From: Setoptus koraiensis
Lineage: Eukaryota; Animalia; Arthropoda
Assembly: GCA_048013815.1 (NCBI GenBank)
Contig: CM106586.1
Coordinates: 5,890,001 to 5,954,000 of the forward strand
Length of the DNA stretch: 64,000 bases
Reading direction: 5' to 3'
The notes beneath the pieces are model-generated. The model did no database searches. It was not told the DNA's origin and saw nothing but the letters and a program-made list of their open reading frames with translations. Below are positions 1-13,700 of this stretch, in pieces. A program made the translations under genes and the position numbers. Each line of letters opens with the position of its first letter. The stretch's first letter is position 1.

Positions 1-444
1 TAATGGTAGTGCAAAGTTTGATTTGCATTTGTCAGAATCAACTATTTATCATAGTGGAAGCGAAAAACTATTCCAACGTGACGAGAATTTGGAGAAATCA
101 ACCAGTTCTATCGATACACCCGAACAATCTTCGGAATCTAATCGTACGCAACAGAAGGATAGTAATAGAGACAACTGATGTATGTCAATGATTGTTATTT
201 TAATTGATTTACTGCTGTTATTATGTTTGCATAAACCATGAATCATCATGTAACAATTTCGCACAAGTTTACCTAATGAATCTCGGTGAAAGCCGGATTA
301 TTGATTTCACCGCGGATACGTTTGTTATCTTTTTTTTTTGTACATGGTGCGATGTGATAAAAAGTAAAGAAAACTTTCAACAGATTGCTAGACATATAAC
401 TTAATAAGAACTGTACAAGATGTAGTGATTGGATTAGAGATGTA

Positions 445-3400
445 TCATCGGGCAGTTGTTTCTGTCACGCCGAAGAAGGCCTTCTTGGCCTCTGAAATCT
501 TTGATCTGAGCTGGAATATATCATTTGTTTGGGCATCATTCAATTGCGACGAGGACGACACCGATAACGAGTCACTCAATCCGGTGTTGTTGTCCAGAGA
601 ATCCGATGCATTATTGTTGTTGCCTGTTGAATGATCGTCGGTGTTGCTGTCGATCGCTTTCAGCACCACCAAGTCATATGAGGAATCGTCGGACGTGGAC
701 GAGCCACTCTGCTGGCCAGCTTCTGTTGGGGCGCCAGTGTTGTTGTCCTGCCAATTATCGGACAATTGCGAGCCGCTGTCGCAACTGTCGGCCATTCTCA
801 AGCTGATGTTGTCCTCTTGATGGTAATGAGGTGAATCATCGATTTGTTGCTGTTGCAGTTGCAAATATTGTTGATTGTCGTTGTTGTCCGCGATTGGCGC
901 CTCTATTGGGGCCTTCATGAATTCAACATCGACCAGACTAGCTGTTGATTTGGCCAAATTATGATCTAATCCGTTGGACATGATCATATTTGTCTGACGG
1001 CTCACATTTAAACCTGGCGTTGCGACACTAGTCGACACTTGAATCATTGTGGGAGTGCTCGCGTATCTAGTGAGATTGGCCTGATACTGTTGTTGCTGTT
1101 GTTGTTGTTGTTGCTGTTGTTGTTGGCCAGTTGTGACGCTTATCGAGTCTTTGCTGGTCGACAAACCATTCATGGTGAACTCATTGGCTACGGCGAACGC
1201 GATCGGACCCCTCTTCGGTTGGTTGTCCATTAATTCAAGTTTCGGGGGATCCATGTGAATTTGTTGCTGTTGCTGGTGATACTTGTCGTAGATCGCTTGC
1301 TTATCCCTGTTGTCTGAAGCAAGCTGAGCTGTTGTTGTTGTTGCTGGCTGACCAACGGTGTCCAGCGAACGGTAATCAGGCGGATTGGCGGCGGCAACAT
1401 AGGCTCTCAAATCTGGGCCAATCTCTATTTTCAGATCAATAGTGGTGCCCGGTTGCTGTTGTTGTTGTTGCTGCTGTTGTTGTGGTTGAGGTTGTAGTAG
1501 TTGCGTTTGATACAAGGATGAATAGGGACAACAGGCGCTTAGTTGCGGCATGAGACAACAGCCTGTAGTGATAAACTGTTGCTGTTGCTGGAAAGGATAA
1601 AAACCATTGAGCGATGATACATATTGCGGACATTGTGAGCTATACACACTTTGTTGGTTGTTGTAACAACAAGCAGCAGGATAATGATAATTGTAGGAAG
1701 CATGCTGTTGTTGGCCGGTTGTTGTTGCTGTTGTTGGCATTAGACTAGCGTGTGGATTTGTTGTTTGGCCGGTGGTAGCTGGAACGCAAGGACATTGTTG
1801 TTGCGGCGAGGCGACAACAAAACTAATGTTGTTGTTGTTGTTGTTGTGCGTTAGTGGTTTGCACGACATTTGGCACTCTTGTTGTTGTTGTTGTTGTTGT
1901 TGTTGATCGCAATTACAATAAATATCTCGGCAAATAAATTTATCTGTCAGCGCCATAGACGACGAATCAATAGAATCGCTGGGCGCTTGTTTGTCGCTTG
2001 ATAACGAATCTCTGCCCGAGGAGCTCCTATGTTTGCTCGATTTACTGCTACGTCGTTTCTTATGGTGTCTCGGCTTGTCGCTTCGATCTCTGGCCGGCCT
2101 GTCTGTCGCCACCGCTATATCGGCTTGCCGTGGTTGCGTAATATCCGAGGCAGATTCTGTCGCTGTAGTTTCAATTGAGTGATTGTGTTCGTCATATTGG
2201 TCTTGAGCCTGTTTATAAATATGGCCGCTAGTGATGGTGTGGTCGTTGTTGTCGGCGGCCGTCGTGCCGCTTGTTTGGCTGGCCACAAACCGTTGTCTAG
2301 TTAGGGTCGGTACGCCATCGTTGTTGTTGTCCGACAACGATTTGTAAATGAGATCTTTGGCCGCATTGTCGGCCGTTGCAATTGCATTGCTATTGGCCTC
2401 AATTCGGGCGCTGGGCTCGCCTGAGCCGCTTGCTGGCAACACCAACAACGGAACGTAAGGCTCGTAAGGTTCACATGTTTTTTGTTTACCATTCGTCATG
2501 ATGGAGTCAGATGTTATTGTTGCGTCATCATCATTATTATCATCATTAATAGCGCCATTAATTATAACTGTTGCCTGTTGGGGATTATTTGCAAAACCGG
2601 AAATGGTTCGTCGCGTTCGACTGAATCGCTGCAACGAATCGTGCTCGGCTAAATCGCCCGCCCTCACCAATGGGTCGAGTGTGGCCAGTTCGTGGCGTCT
2701 CATTAAACGGAACGACTTTGATCTTGTGTGCGATCTAATTAGCTTCTGTTGTTGTTGAGACGCAACAGATTTTTGTTTGCGCAACGAGTGCCGAGAGGCC
2801 TGACGCAACACCTGAATACTGTCCAGGAATTCCTTGTCTTTCTCGCTGCTGCCCATGGGGCCCCTGTTCAATTGGCAGGCCTGGTCGAGTCGCTTGCGCA
2901 ATTGTCGTGACACGGTTGAGGCCGACGAAAGTGTTGAGCAGCAACTCTCACTAGACGTAGACAGAGACGCTCGTCTGTCGTCAAAATTGCGCCCTCTATA
3001 CGATCTGTTAATTGAGCCTGAATACTCTTGTTGGCCCTGGTTGATATGTCGCGTTCGTTGGGGCGCCTGTTCGCTGCCACTGTCGGCCGTTGTTACTGAC
3101 CGGTGGTCGCCCGTGTTGACTCGCTGATTGTGTTGGCTCAATTGTCCGCTAGGCGACTTGTTGTTGCTGTCATTTGCATTGTCTCTATCGCTGGCTTCTA
3201 TTGAGTCCGCTTGCGCGCCACTCAGTATCTCGATGAGAGAATCGCCCGAGTTGTCGCCAGAATTCTCTGTTGGCGTACGACGCTGTTGACACCTAGACAA
3301 CGCGCTTAGATCGCCATTTTTCAGCTGATATTCCGTTAGTTTGAGCTCTAATCTGGTCCTACTGTCATCCGACAACAAGTGTCTGTTGTCGGAGTTGACC

Positions 3401-4160
3401 AGTGTGTGTCTTGCCAGCAGACTGTCACTTGTTGCTGTCAGCGACAACTGGCTACTCTGACTGCTCGTTGTTAGGTGACTAGTGATTGTGTTGCTGTTGT
3501 TGTTGTTGTTGTAGTTTTCGTCTATATAATCGACAACATCGACACTCTCGTCCTCTGTCGATATTGTGCGAGCTCGTCGGGCCTGATGCAAATTGGCGGC
3601 CGCGTTCCTGCCCAGGGGTACCCTGTGACTGGGCTCAGCGTACGCTCTCACCGGCGACAAGTTGGCCGCTCTCAAGCTCTGACTGATCGACGACGGATAG
3701 TGAGCGGAAACGACGGCATTCATAGGAAAATTGTTGGCTTGTTGTTGTTGCTGTTGTTGTTGTCGGTGTCGTTGTTGTTGTTTTGGGGCCGAAACAATCA
3801 GCTGTTTGCCGGCTCGTTGTTGTTGCTCGTCGTCGTCGGAAGGTAGCACCACCATGCCCACAAGATCGTTGTCATACCAGCTAGATCTCTTCCAGGCGTC
3901 CCTGGTGCCGGTGCCCAGAGTGGCGCTCGCAAGGCCCAATGCGCCCTCTTGGGCCGCCTGTCTGTCCATCGATTGCGATCGCATTAATTTTCGCGCCAAT
4001 TTGCTATCGTGGTTGTTGTTGTTGTTGTTGTTGTCATGATGCAACGGCTGACCAACGTGACTGTGGCTGGCGCAAGTCGACAGAGACTCGTTTAGACGCT
4101 GCTGCTGCTTGCTTGTCTGGTTGTGCGACCTGGTGAATATCTTTCTGAGAAACGAGCGAG
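445..4160 (-). CDS. STOX1: Storkhead-box protein (STOX1/knockout-like), terminal coding exon 3; low-complexity Q/N/T/S-rich C-terminal region
   Basis: Lies in the 1256-codon ORF 445-4215. Acceptor gtgtAG|CT at 4162-4161 is phase 1 and joins the G|GTTAGT donor at 4284 in frame, giving ...SHPERK-A-RSFLRKIF.... Ends ...SKISEAKKAFFGVTETTAR* at 445. No recognisable domain in this exon; assignment to STOX rests on the splice join. Confidence 0.8.
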
Positions 4161-4284
4161 CTACACAAACAGTGGCACAGGTGAGAGAAGAACGGAACAA
4201 AGAGAAGAAAGACAACAGGTGAGTACAACAGTGCCAATTGAATGGGCAGTAATTGATAATGAGGCAATAATTATGCTAACTAAC
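4161..4284 (-). other. STOX intron 2 (124 nt, GT-AG, phase 1)
   Basis: Minus strand reads AAG G|GTTAGT ... pyrimidine-rich tract ... gtgtAG|CT. Removal fuses the two long ORFs in frame. Confidence 0.8.
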
Positions 4285-6923
4285 CCTTTCGCTCTGGGTG
4301 GCTGGCCTCGGGCTCGGCGCTGGCGGCCGGCCGGCGGCTCGAACCGCTCGGGTTGCCGCCATCGGGACCCGCCGACGAGAGTTTCGAGCGACCCTTGGCG
4401 GCGGACGAACTGGTGGCCGGTGTCGCGGCCTGTTGTGTTGGCCTAACGAGATAATCAATTGTGAGTGTCTTGTTCCAGTTGCCGTTGTCGCTCAGCAGCA
4501 GTTGATGTATGCCATCGCTGCTGATGTTGTTGTTGCCGTTGTTGTTGCTGTTGTTGCCGATGTTGTTGCCGATGTTGTTGCCGATGTTGCCGTTGTTGGC
4601 ATTAATTGTGGCCGGCTCGGCGCCACTAATCACTTGCAGAGCGGACTGACCGCCGGCCACCGGTTGTCGGCCGGCGCTGTTTGCATTGGGCGCCTTGAGC
4701 CATTTCGATCCGTATCGATTTGTTTTATCATTTCTATCATTATCGTTGCCGTTATTGCCGCCGCCATTACCGTTATTATTAGTATTAGTGCTGTTATTAT
4801 TATTAGTGTTGTTATTGGTCTTGGCGAGTGGCTGGTTTGTAGTTGGCGTTATCGTTGCTGTTGTTGTTGTTGCCGCTGTTGTTGTTGCTGTTGTTGCTGC
4901 CGTCGGGAGCGGCTTCCCTTGTTCGGTGGCTGATGAAACAATAACAACATCATCATCGTTGCCATTGTTTGTAGCCAATGGTGCAGCAGATGTTGCTGTT
5001 GTTGTTGCTGCTGCTGATCTACATTTAGATCTTTGCGATCTGTTGTTGCTGGCCTGGTGTTTGCCGGCCGTCGTTGTTGTGGGATTGTTGTGCAATTTTA
5101 ATTGTGATTGCATTGAATTAACACCGGCGAGAGTGGCCGCCGACGACGACGACGAGCCCGATGACGACGCCGCCGACGACGAGGGCAGAATACGGAAGGA
5201 TAATGAACGATTGAGAATCCTACGTCCGAAGAACGACGAAACATTTTTCTTTTGGCCGGCGTTGCTCGTAGCTGGCGTCGTTGTTGTTGCTGTTGTTGTT
5301 GGCGCTGTTCCTGTCGCAGGCAAAGTCAAACAGGTCGCTGCCGGGCCAGATTGATTAGTTTGTTGGCGTTGCTGCTGCTGCTGGCCCAATAACGAATTGC
5401 TCCCAATCGAATTCGGATGGGATTCTTTGTTGTTGTTGTTGTTGTTGTTGCTGATGGTCGCGTTGTTGTGTTGCTGTTTTGTTTGCTGGTGTTGCACCTT
5501 GTTCGCGGGCTTGCTCTGGCACACCGAAGACTGCTTGTTGGGCCACTTCTTGGAAGCCGCGTCCGCCAGCGACGGCGTCGACGAACTGGTGGCCGTGCTG
5601 GCCGTTGCGCTCGGCGAGGATCCGGCCGAAGACGAGGGGCGCGATGGCGATTGAGATCGCAGCGAATCGTCGTCGTCCGATTGTTGCTGCAAGTGGTCAT
5701 CGTCGTCGTCGTCGTCGTCGTCGCCGTTGGCCGCGGCGAAAAAACAATTGAACCGGGCCCGGCCGCGACCGCCGCCGTTATTGGTGGCCGTCGCTGGTGG
5801 CGCCACTGTTTGTTTGCTCTTTGTTGTTGCTGTTGGCTTGCTCTTTTTATCCTTTGAGCGCGAACTGGCCAGCGCAGATTTATCCGGCTTATTTTGCTGC
5901 TGCTGCCTTTGCTGCTGGTCGCTGCCTGGCGGCTGCTGCTTGGCAACCGGCGTTTGGTTCGGCTGGCCGCTCGGGCCCCCGTGACGGTGATGACGGTGCA
6001 CATGAAGATTGTCCGACGAGTAATTTCCGCTGTCGAGCGTAGTGCTCTTGCTCATGCTGCCGATCGTCTTACCGTTGCTCTGGTTGTTCACCTGGCCGCT
6101 GGTGGCAGCACCGCACCGGTTGCCGCTGTTGATCTCGTGATTGATGTAATCCAAACTGGCGCTGTCGTCGTCCTCCTCGCCGGTGGTTGTGCTAGAGAAC
6201 AGACTGCTCGCCTTTTGCTGCTGCTGCTGCTTCTTTTTTCGTATAATGCCCCTCATAATACCACCGGCGTTATTTGCCGGCGTGTTGTTACTGGCAAATA
6301 TTGTCAAATTGTTGCTGCCGCTTCTGTCGCGATACCAGCCCGTTTTGGCACTGCTGCTGCTGCCGCTGCTGTTGTTGCTGTTGTTGTTGTGCTGATTGTC
6401 GGTGTCATGATCGGAGGCGCAGCTCGACGAGGCCAGAGTGGACTCGAGCGAGGCACACAAATGGGCCCCCTTGCGGCCCGCCGGCGTTGCCTTCGTTGGT
6501 GGGGCCGAAAGCGTTTGAGCTTGTTGTTGTTGGCCGACGGTGTTGTTGGCACATACAGTTGGCACAAACAACAGCTGATCGTAAAACACAGAATCTAACG
6601 GATTCAGCACGGCCGCCAATTGATTTAGGCCGACAGTGGTGACACTTTCGCTAGTTAGGCTCGACGAGCAAGTTGAGGAAAAATGGGGCGATTCAGTGAG
6701 ATAATTACAGTCGCTTCGGTGGTTGTGATTGCGGTGATGGCTGTGATTGCGGTGATGGCTGTGATTGTGGCGATGGTGGCCGCTGGACACGGGCGACGAC
6801 GCATACGAAGAGTTGAAACTGTCGGGCGACGATATTGGCGGATCGCGATCCGCCGATCCGATCGTGTCCGAGGCTCGAGGCTTGTTCGAGCCAGTTGAAT
6901 ATTGTTGTTGCTGCTGTTGTTGT

Positions 6924-6955
<32 letters not shown>

Positions 6956-7392
6956 TAGTTGTTGTGCCGCTTGCTTGTTGCTGCTACTCGATATGTTAGG
7001 ATAGGCGAGCAAGAATTGATTTGACGACATCGGACAGGTGACTAGACGATTGTCTTTAAGTAAAAAATTGATTGTTTTATCTATCATGGCCATAGTGGGC
7101 TGACACGTATTAATGGACGCTTTTCCATACTGTTGCGCCGATGCCAACTTGTCCAGCAGTTCACCTATTGAGGCGCCCCCAAGTTGACCAGTGGCCCATT
7201 GCAAGTTATTTGTCAAGGAGGATAATTTTTCACTTTGCACCTTGCTTACGCACTCATAAACGGCCTCAGCTAGAGGCTCGACAAGGCTCGCTTGTTGTTT
7301 TGATGGCGCAATTGAATTTGTTGCTGTTGCTGTTGTTTTTGTTGTTGGCTTGATTATGGGCAAAAAGTCAATTTCAATTGACTTGATATCGC
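4285..7392 (-). CDS. STOX1: Storkhead-box protein, coding exon 2: winged-helix (storkhead) domain followed by a long low-complexity region
   Basis: Lies in the 1090-codon ORF. Acceptor attcAG|GC GAT ATC at 7394-7393 is phase 1. Translation GDIKSIE...EPLAEAVYECVSKV...ASIGELLDKL...QPTMAMIDKTINFLLKDNRLV...NQFLLAYP aligns by eye with the STOX domain pattern GDV..V.M...PLGEVLCCAIS...QESLLERL...[20 protein letters not shown]...GYFIVTP. Confidence 0.8.
6998..7392 (-). other. STOX1: Diverged storkhead winged-helix DNA-binding domain (within exon 2)
   Basis: Motif order matches STOX1/STOX2/ko as recalled from family knowledge, with insertions in predicted loops. Not confirmed by a profile search. Confidence 0.65.
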
Positions 7393-7662
7393 CTGAATTG
7401 TTTGTTGATTCGTTGTCGGTGGTTGGGGGTGCAACGGTTGTCGTCGCGGTTGTTGTTGTTGTTATATTTGCGGTTAAATGGTCGAATTGTTGGATTGGTT
7501 GGTTGAGTTTCAGTTCAATTGTGTTCACGTGTAACGCCGACGGCAAAGACAATGGAGGGCAAGAGATTGTTTTTGTTATAATTATAATTCATTCTGACAA
7601 GTGTTTTTTTTTTCGTAATGATTGATTACTTGTGATTCTGTTCAGTTTGTTCAGGGTTCGCT

Positions 7663-7760
7663 CTAGATATAACGCACTAGATATAACACACTAGATGTAA
7701 CTCACTAGATGTATTTCACTTGATATAACTCACTAGATATAACGCACTTGATATAACTCA
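7663..7760. repeat. Tandem repeat, 14-bp unit CTAGATATAAC(G/T)CA x7
   Basis: Seven contiguous degenerate copies read directly. Confidence 0.9.
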
Positions 7761-10700
7761 CAGGTATTCACGTGTGAATGCATTTACATGACGTAATTGT
7801 TTCACGCTATTTTTCACGAGAACTCTCCACTCTGTCAAATGGCTCAATAATGTGCAGCACTATTGCGAGCAATTTGCCGACTAAACTGGCGGACTAAAAT
7901 AGATAGAAAACACACGATTCAGTTTATAAATAATGTACAAGTTGTGTCTACATGTGCATCTAATTTGCATTTGGCTGCGCTTGTTGCGCAATCACTGTGT
8001 GCAATCTGACAATTGTGAGATGCGGTCAGATTGCGCATTATCTCACTACATTCAACTATTGTTCGTTGCCATGTCACCTGACTTGTCGAGCTGCTGCTGC
8101 TGTTGTGGTTGCGTCAGGTGATGTGGACAGCAACATGACACGACTCAATCAATTAAAATCACCGGCAAGCTTGTTGCTGGCTGGCGAGTGGCAGTCAATA
8201 AAGGGCAGTGACAACGATGTTGTTAGGATGTTGTCAATGCGCTTGTATCGCCAATTAAGGGGAGCTTCATTGCACCGTGTTGTAAGCGGCCTGTAGTGAG
8301 CCATTTGAGATGAGTGCCATTTGAGCCAGCTTGAGTTGGCCACTAACTAACTGGCACTAATCGCCTGGCCAGACGCCACCAGCAAGTTCAAGCAAAATGA
8401 GCGATAAGTTTGTGTTGTTGTTCAATAATAATTCTTGGCACAATCTCTTGAAAGTGAGTGAATCTAAATTGTAAGCTGACTGACTCAACTGAAAGTTGCA
8501 AGCAAAAGTTGTTGATGAATGATGATTGAATGCATGCGCCGCAATGGAAAGTGATTGCCAGAATTGATATGTTTTATGAATTACTTTATTACTATTATTT
8601 GAGTTGTTTGCCGTGGCCGCTGTTGTTTGCTGTGGTTGCCGTTGTTGTCGTTGTTGTCGTTGTTGTTGCCGTTGTTGTTGTGCGTGGGCGATCCTCTCGG
8701 CCAATCTCAATAATTATAACAGCACGCTCTAACTAACTAAAAATTCATTCCAATGCGAACGCATTTCATTTCGTTTCGTTTCATTTCATGCCATGCGCGC
8801 CTACCGACGCCGACCAACAACCACCGGCAAGCCGACAAGCTCAAAACTTGTGCCAGCCACTGGCGAAATTTCCGAGAATCGCCAGCCGGCGAGACCAGAC
8901 ACACAGAGCAAGCCGATAAAGGGAGCCGAGAAGCCGAAAACAGGTGTCGAGCGACATTTTCGAGCGCGCCACCTCTCGCCAGCCAGTGTTTCGAAGGGCT
9001 CGAATGGGCTCAATCGGGCTCAACTGGGCCGAGCGGTCGTGTGTGTCACCTGTCGTCTGGCAATTGGATTCGCGTTAGCAACTTGTTGCCATTGCAACTG
9101 CTCTCTCGTATAATGTAATTATATGTGCGTCTCGTTTGAGATGAGATATGTTTTCATTAATGGCCTGATCATGCCAATAGGCGAAGCCAACGAGCAAGCG
9201 ACGTGCAAACAACAACGCGCCCCAAAGATCTATATCTGGGCTCGCCGGACAATTGGCCGCAGCGGCCAGTCGGTGCACCTGCCCAACACTGTCAACTGAC
9301 AATACTGTCAACTGGCACTGCTGTCAACTGGCACTGCTGTCAACTGACAATGCTGTCGAGAGTGGCCAGTTTGGGCCGACCACGTGACTTGGGCCGGCCG
9401 CTGGTCAGTTGTGGCGGCTGGTCAGTTGTGGCGGCGGCTCGTTGGTCGCTCGATTATCGCTCGATTATCACTCGAGTATCATGATATTATAATGATTTAA
9501 AGTGGTTTGTGTGTCGCTCGTTGAATCAGTCGTGTCTCATTATGGACAAAACAAAAAGCGAGTTCATTTGTCGGCTGAAAAAGTCGCTGCGTTTCAGTGG
9601 ACGCTCGCATGCTCGCCAACGAACGGACAGCAACAAACGGACGGCAACAAACGGACGGCAACAAACGGACGGGGGCCAGCGGACAGAAAAAGCAGTTTGC
9701 AACGGCTGTGGCCAGCCACTAATCTGGCGAGAGAATGCATTTTCATTAAATTTATCGCCTCCAATTGAGAGGCAGCGCTAAATTATTAATTACACTATTA
9801 AATTAATATTGTTAATCCGCAGCTCGACACACACACACAAACTTGGCTGTCTCATCCGCCAGTTTAACCTTTTAATTTAACCACTTTTGCACTGTTTGCC
9901 TGTGTGCGCCAATTACAAAAGGGCAAAAAATTTCGTTTAGCTCACAAGTTGTAAGTCGTACAAATTGTTAGTGGTGATAATTGTCACACCATTAGGTCAT
10001 GTTCGCGAGCACTTTTTTCCTCTCATTCATGCCTGCGACTTCATTGCCCATTTGGCACGGCCGTCAGGGCCCACTGCTCTACGATTTTGACCATTTCGGC
10101 CATTTCGGCCACGGCCCACCGACAGGTTGTCAGTGACAACACGACTGTCGATAACAGTGCGTTATCTCATCTGACTGGCCGAGGCGATCATTTGAACATT
10201 GACAACACAGTCCAATGGCGAGCCACAGTTAAGATGAGGCGAGCTCGTTGTCTTAATCGTTTCAACAATGTCAATCATTTTGCTGGTCACTTGCTGATGA
10301 ATTTCGGGCATTTCGAACAAGTTTTCGACAAACGGGCGCAAAAAACCAACAATCAGCAAGTTGTCAGTAACAACTGAAACACCCCCCATCGATCGGCGCG
10401 AAACCAACTGACACTGGTGTGAGTGTTAAGTAACAATTAAGTAATCTGCTTATCGCCAACGATGAAAGCATCGGCAAAAACATTGGCTCACAAAAGTTGC
10501 CAAAAACATCAATTAGCGTGCGATATGTCGACAATGGGCACCTGTCGGTGATTAGTGCGAGCTCATCACCGGACATCGTTTGACGTCGTCTCGAGCCGCT
10601 CGAAAACAAACCGTTGAGTTGTAATTACCGTTGCAACTCGTAGTGCATCTGTCGGCCGCTAGATGTGAAATTATGACCGCTCACAAGTGAGTGCTGTTGC

Positions 10701-13700
10701 TGTTGTTGCCGATCGATCGATACATTCCATATGTATGCGCAATAACAATAATGGCAGTTGTTACATCATCGTGGCGCTTTCAAATAACGACCATGATGAC
10801 CATCATGACAATAACGATGACGGCGAGACCACGATAGAAATGATTAATGATTTACGGTTGAGCACAATGTTGTCGACAGGTTGTTCACATATGACGCCGT
10901 ACATAATTGGCGCTGCTCGCCGCGGATACATACACACAATGACATCGTCTATTCGGACATTGGCTTTTCGATGGCCCGAGCGTGGTCAGTCAGCTCACAA
11001 GTCAGTTTTTGGTTGGTCTGACTAGTGAGTACGAGAACGGCCTGAGTAGCGGTTGGCTTGCGCCCATTAGCGAATGGCCAAAAACAAATCATCATCAATT
11101 ATTCCTATTTCGTTTCTTGCTCGCTGCCATACGCTCTGTGTATGTATTTAGAGTCATGTGGCACTGGTCAGTTTTGTTGTGTCCAGCCAGATTGTGGCCA
11201 AAAAGAAGCCTCGTCGGCGCTTCTTGGCGCGCTCGCCGTCGCTTCCTTGCGAAACGAATTGCGCAACAAGCCGCCGAGATTGGCTTAATTTGCACCGAGC
11301 CAGACACAGCACAATTTTTCGGCCACAACTAACTAACTCGCATAACTAGCAACTATTACGAGTGCGGCCCGAGAAGCCGCAAACGCAGCAACGCTAACTA
11401 ACAATTATGCTCGTATCGCCGATGGAAACATATTGAACACTGCTCGCAACGAACTCATGAAAAACAATTGCAACTTGACCAACTCTTTGCACAATTGTAC
11501 ACAATCGCACACAATTGTCGGTGAGCCCAAACTTGAAATTTGCCCCAAACGAAATTTGCCAAATGTAAATTTGCTCAGTTTGTGCAATTTGTGCCCATTT
11601 TAAAAATGTGTGAGTGCAATGCAATTATTGGCCTGGCGAACATAATAGGCGAACATGGATAGGTGACGCTACTGCAGCGGGACTGGATTACGTTATCGGC
11701 GGATCTCGTTGAGCGCTCGGGATGGCGGAGTTTGAGAGAAAACGAGACAAGATTCAGCTCGGCGAGGCCGGCTCTTTGTCGAGCTGACCGATCGGATGGC
11801 GATTGCGCAACGCTCTGTCCAATAGCTATCGGGTATGATATGCGAGAGTGCATCAATTAGCTAATGAAGTCGCCTAATGAACGCAGACAGCAACAGCAAC
11901 AACCGGCACCAACAACCGGCAACGCGACACCGGCCGGCCATTAACAAGCCACGGTCATTGCGCAACGCATTATGTGACCGCACGTTCATTACGTAGGTGG
12001 CCTATTATGTTTTGTTGCGCAACGCACCGCACTGATTATATTACATTGTATCGTAATGATCATCGACGATATGATGCAAAGCAGTTAGATTTGCAGCGAT
12101 ATTTGTCCACTTATTAGTGAGTCACACACACCGTTAATAACGGTCAGCTGTTGTGCGTTGCATAACCGGTCGTGATGGGACGTTACGCTCATTTATGCGT
12201 TATTTGTAGCACTGTTAAGAGCATGTTGGCGTCCCCCTGGCACGGCCACACAAGCGAGAGCGACTGGCCAACAGGTTGTCGCTGCCGAGAGTAGACCAAT
12301 AATCTGTTGTTGTTGTTGCCGTTGTTGCTGGTCAGCTTGCTGTTGTTGCTGCTGTGACGCAACAGCAACTGCAACCACACTGGCGGATGTGCTACGGCCA
12401 GACGAACGGTCGAGAGGCCTGAGAAGCGCAATTAATCCGGCGAACATAGCTGCCCGCTTATCTATAACCGCTATCAAATCGATGGCGGTTGCTCGAGTTG
12501 CCAGTTGCCTGTTGCCTGTTGTTTATATCCGGATATCGGCGCTTGTGTCCGGCCGGTGCCACTGGGAGTGCCCGTAATCCGACTACTGTCATGCGATCAT
12601 CATTTAAATGGCGCGCCGTTCATTATCAGCTCGGTGAGCTCATCATTGGCCGCTTCCGCTTCGGCTCGTGCGCGCCGTCTTAACTGAACGTCTTTTGCAG
12701 TTTTTTGCGGAGTGCGGACACACAATGCCAACACTGACATAATCAATCGCACACTGACAATTAAATGGTTGCCAGCTTACGATGATTCTCACATGATCTG
12801 ATCGTCATCGAGTCACTCGTCGTTGCCAATGAGACCACAGTCCGGTCTCGACACGCCACAAACGCCACAGACGCCAGATATAACGAAACGAAAAGATGAT
12901 GATGATTGTGCCAGCGAATCGGCCAATCAGCAAGCAAAATCAAAATTTATTAAATGTCTACAATTAAATGCGAGCCGAATGATTGATCACGTTGTGTAAT
13001 ATACACACACAGTGTTACTAATGGTCAGATGCTGCAACGGCCCGTCATCACGAAGCTCGTCTTATCTGGTCGCTGGGCTTACGTTGGCTGATTCATTTTT
13101 TGGTAGATTCATTTTTTGGGCTTGTTGTTGTTGTTGTTGTTGTTGGCGTTGCCCTCGTGAGAATGTTGCACTTGCCAACAGGTGGGTGACCTAACACAAG
13201 TGGCAGCATGTTCAAGGCACCGACAACAACAACGGCAACCACTCGCAACAGCAAGTGATGAAAGCGACCGATAACACAAGATGATAATAATAATAACAAC
13301 TGTGCGGATACAACAACAGCAACAGCGGCAACAGCAGCAACAACAACAGCAGCGGCAACAACAACAACAACAACAACGGCAACGTAACGGCGCCAACAGG
13401 TGAGTTAGCCAAGTTGCAGTGTCCACTCACACAGTGTCAGTGTACGGCCTGCATGAGACACCCACCTGACTTAGAATGAGCGTTGGTGAGGGGCTAATCG
13501 AGTTATCACCTTATGGCAAACAGATAAATGGCAACAAGCGAACGAGTGCCATTCATTGTAATCAATAATAACAATAACTTATATTGTCTTAGCACCATTC
13601 TGCATAATGAAAACAAATGCCATTTCCAGCATAAGCTCACTCTCACCCAAAATATGGGTTTTGCCCAAAATATGGGCAAAAATCTCAGAATGCTCGACGC

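Noticed and set aside
1-444. Short ORFs (3-191, 49-264, 204-404) in the AT-rich start of the window
   Set aside because: No recognisable homology or consistent splice model; the position fits STOX 3'UTR or intergenic DNA.
7393-7552. ORF-track starts at 7552 and 4215 as starts of two separate genes
   Set aside because: 7552 is TTG with no in-frame ATG until 7093, which lies inside the winged-helix alignment. Both upstream extensions are better explained as intron sequence before phase-compatible acceptors.
525-7625. Many overlapping or antisense ORFs rich in V/L/C/R (e.g. 4298-4933, 4686-5354, 5894-6598)
   Set aside because: Shadow frames of CAA/CAG/ACA repeats in the STOX exons.
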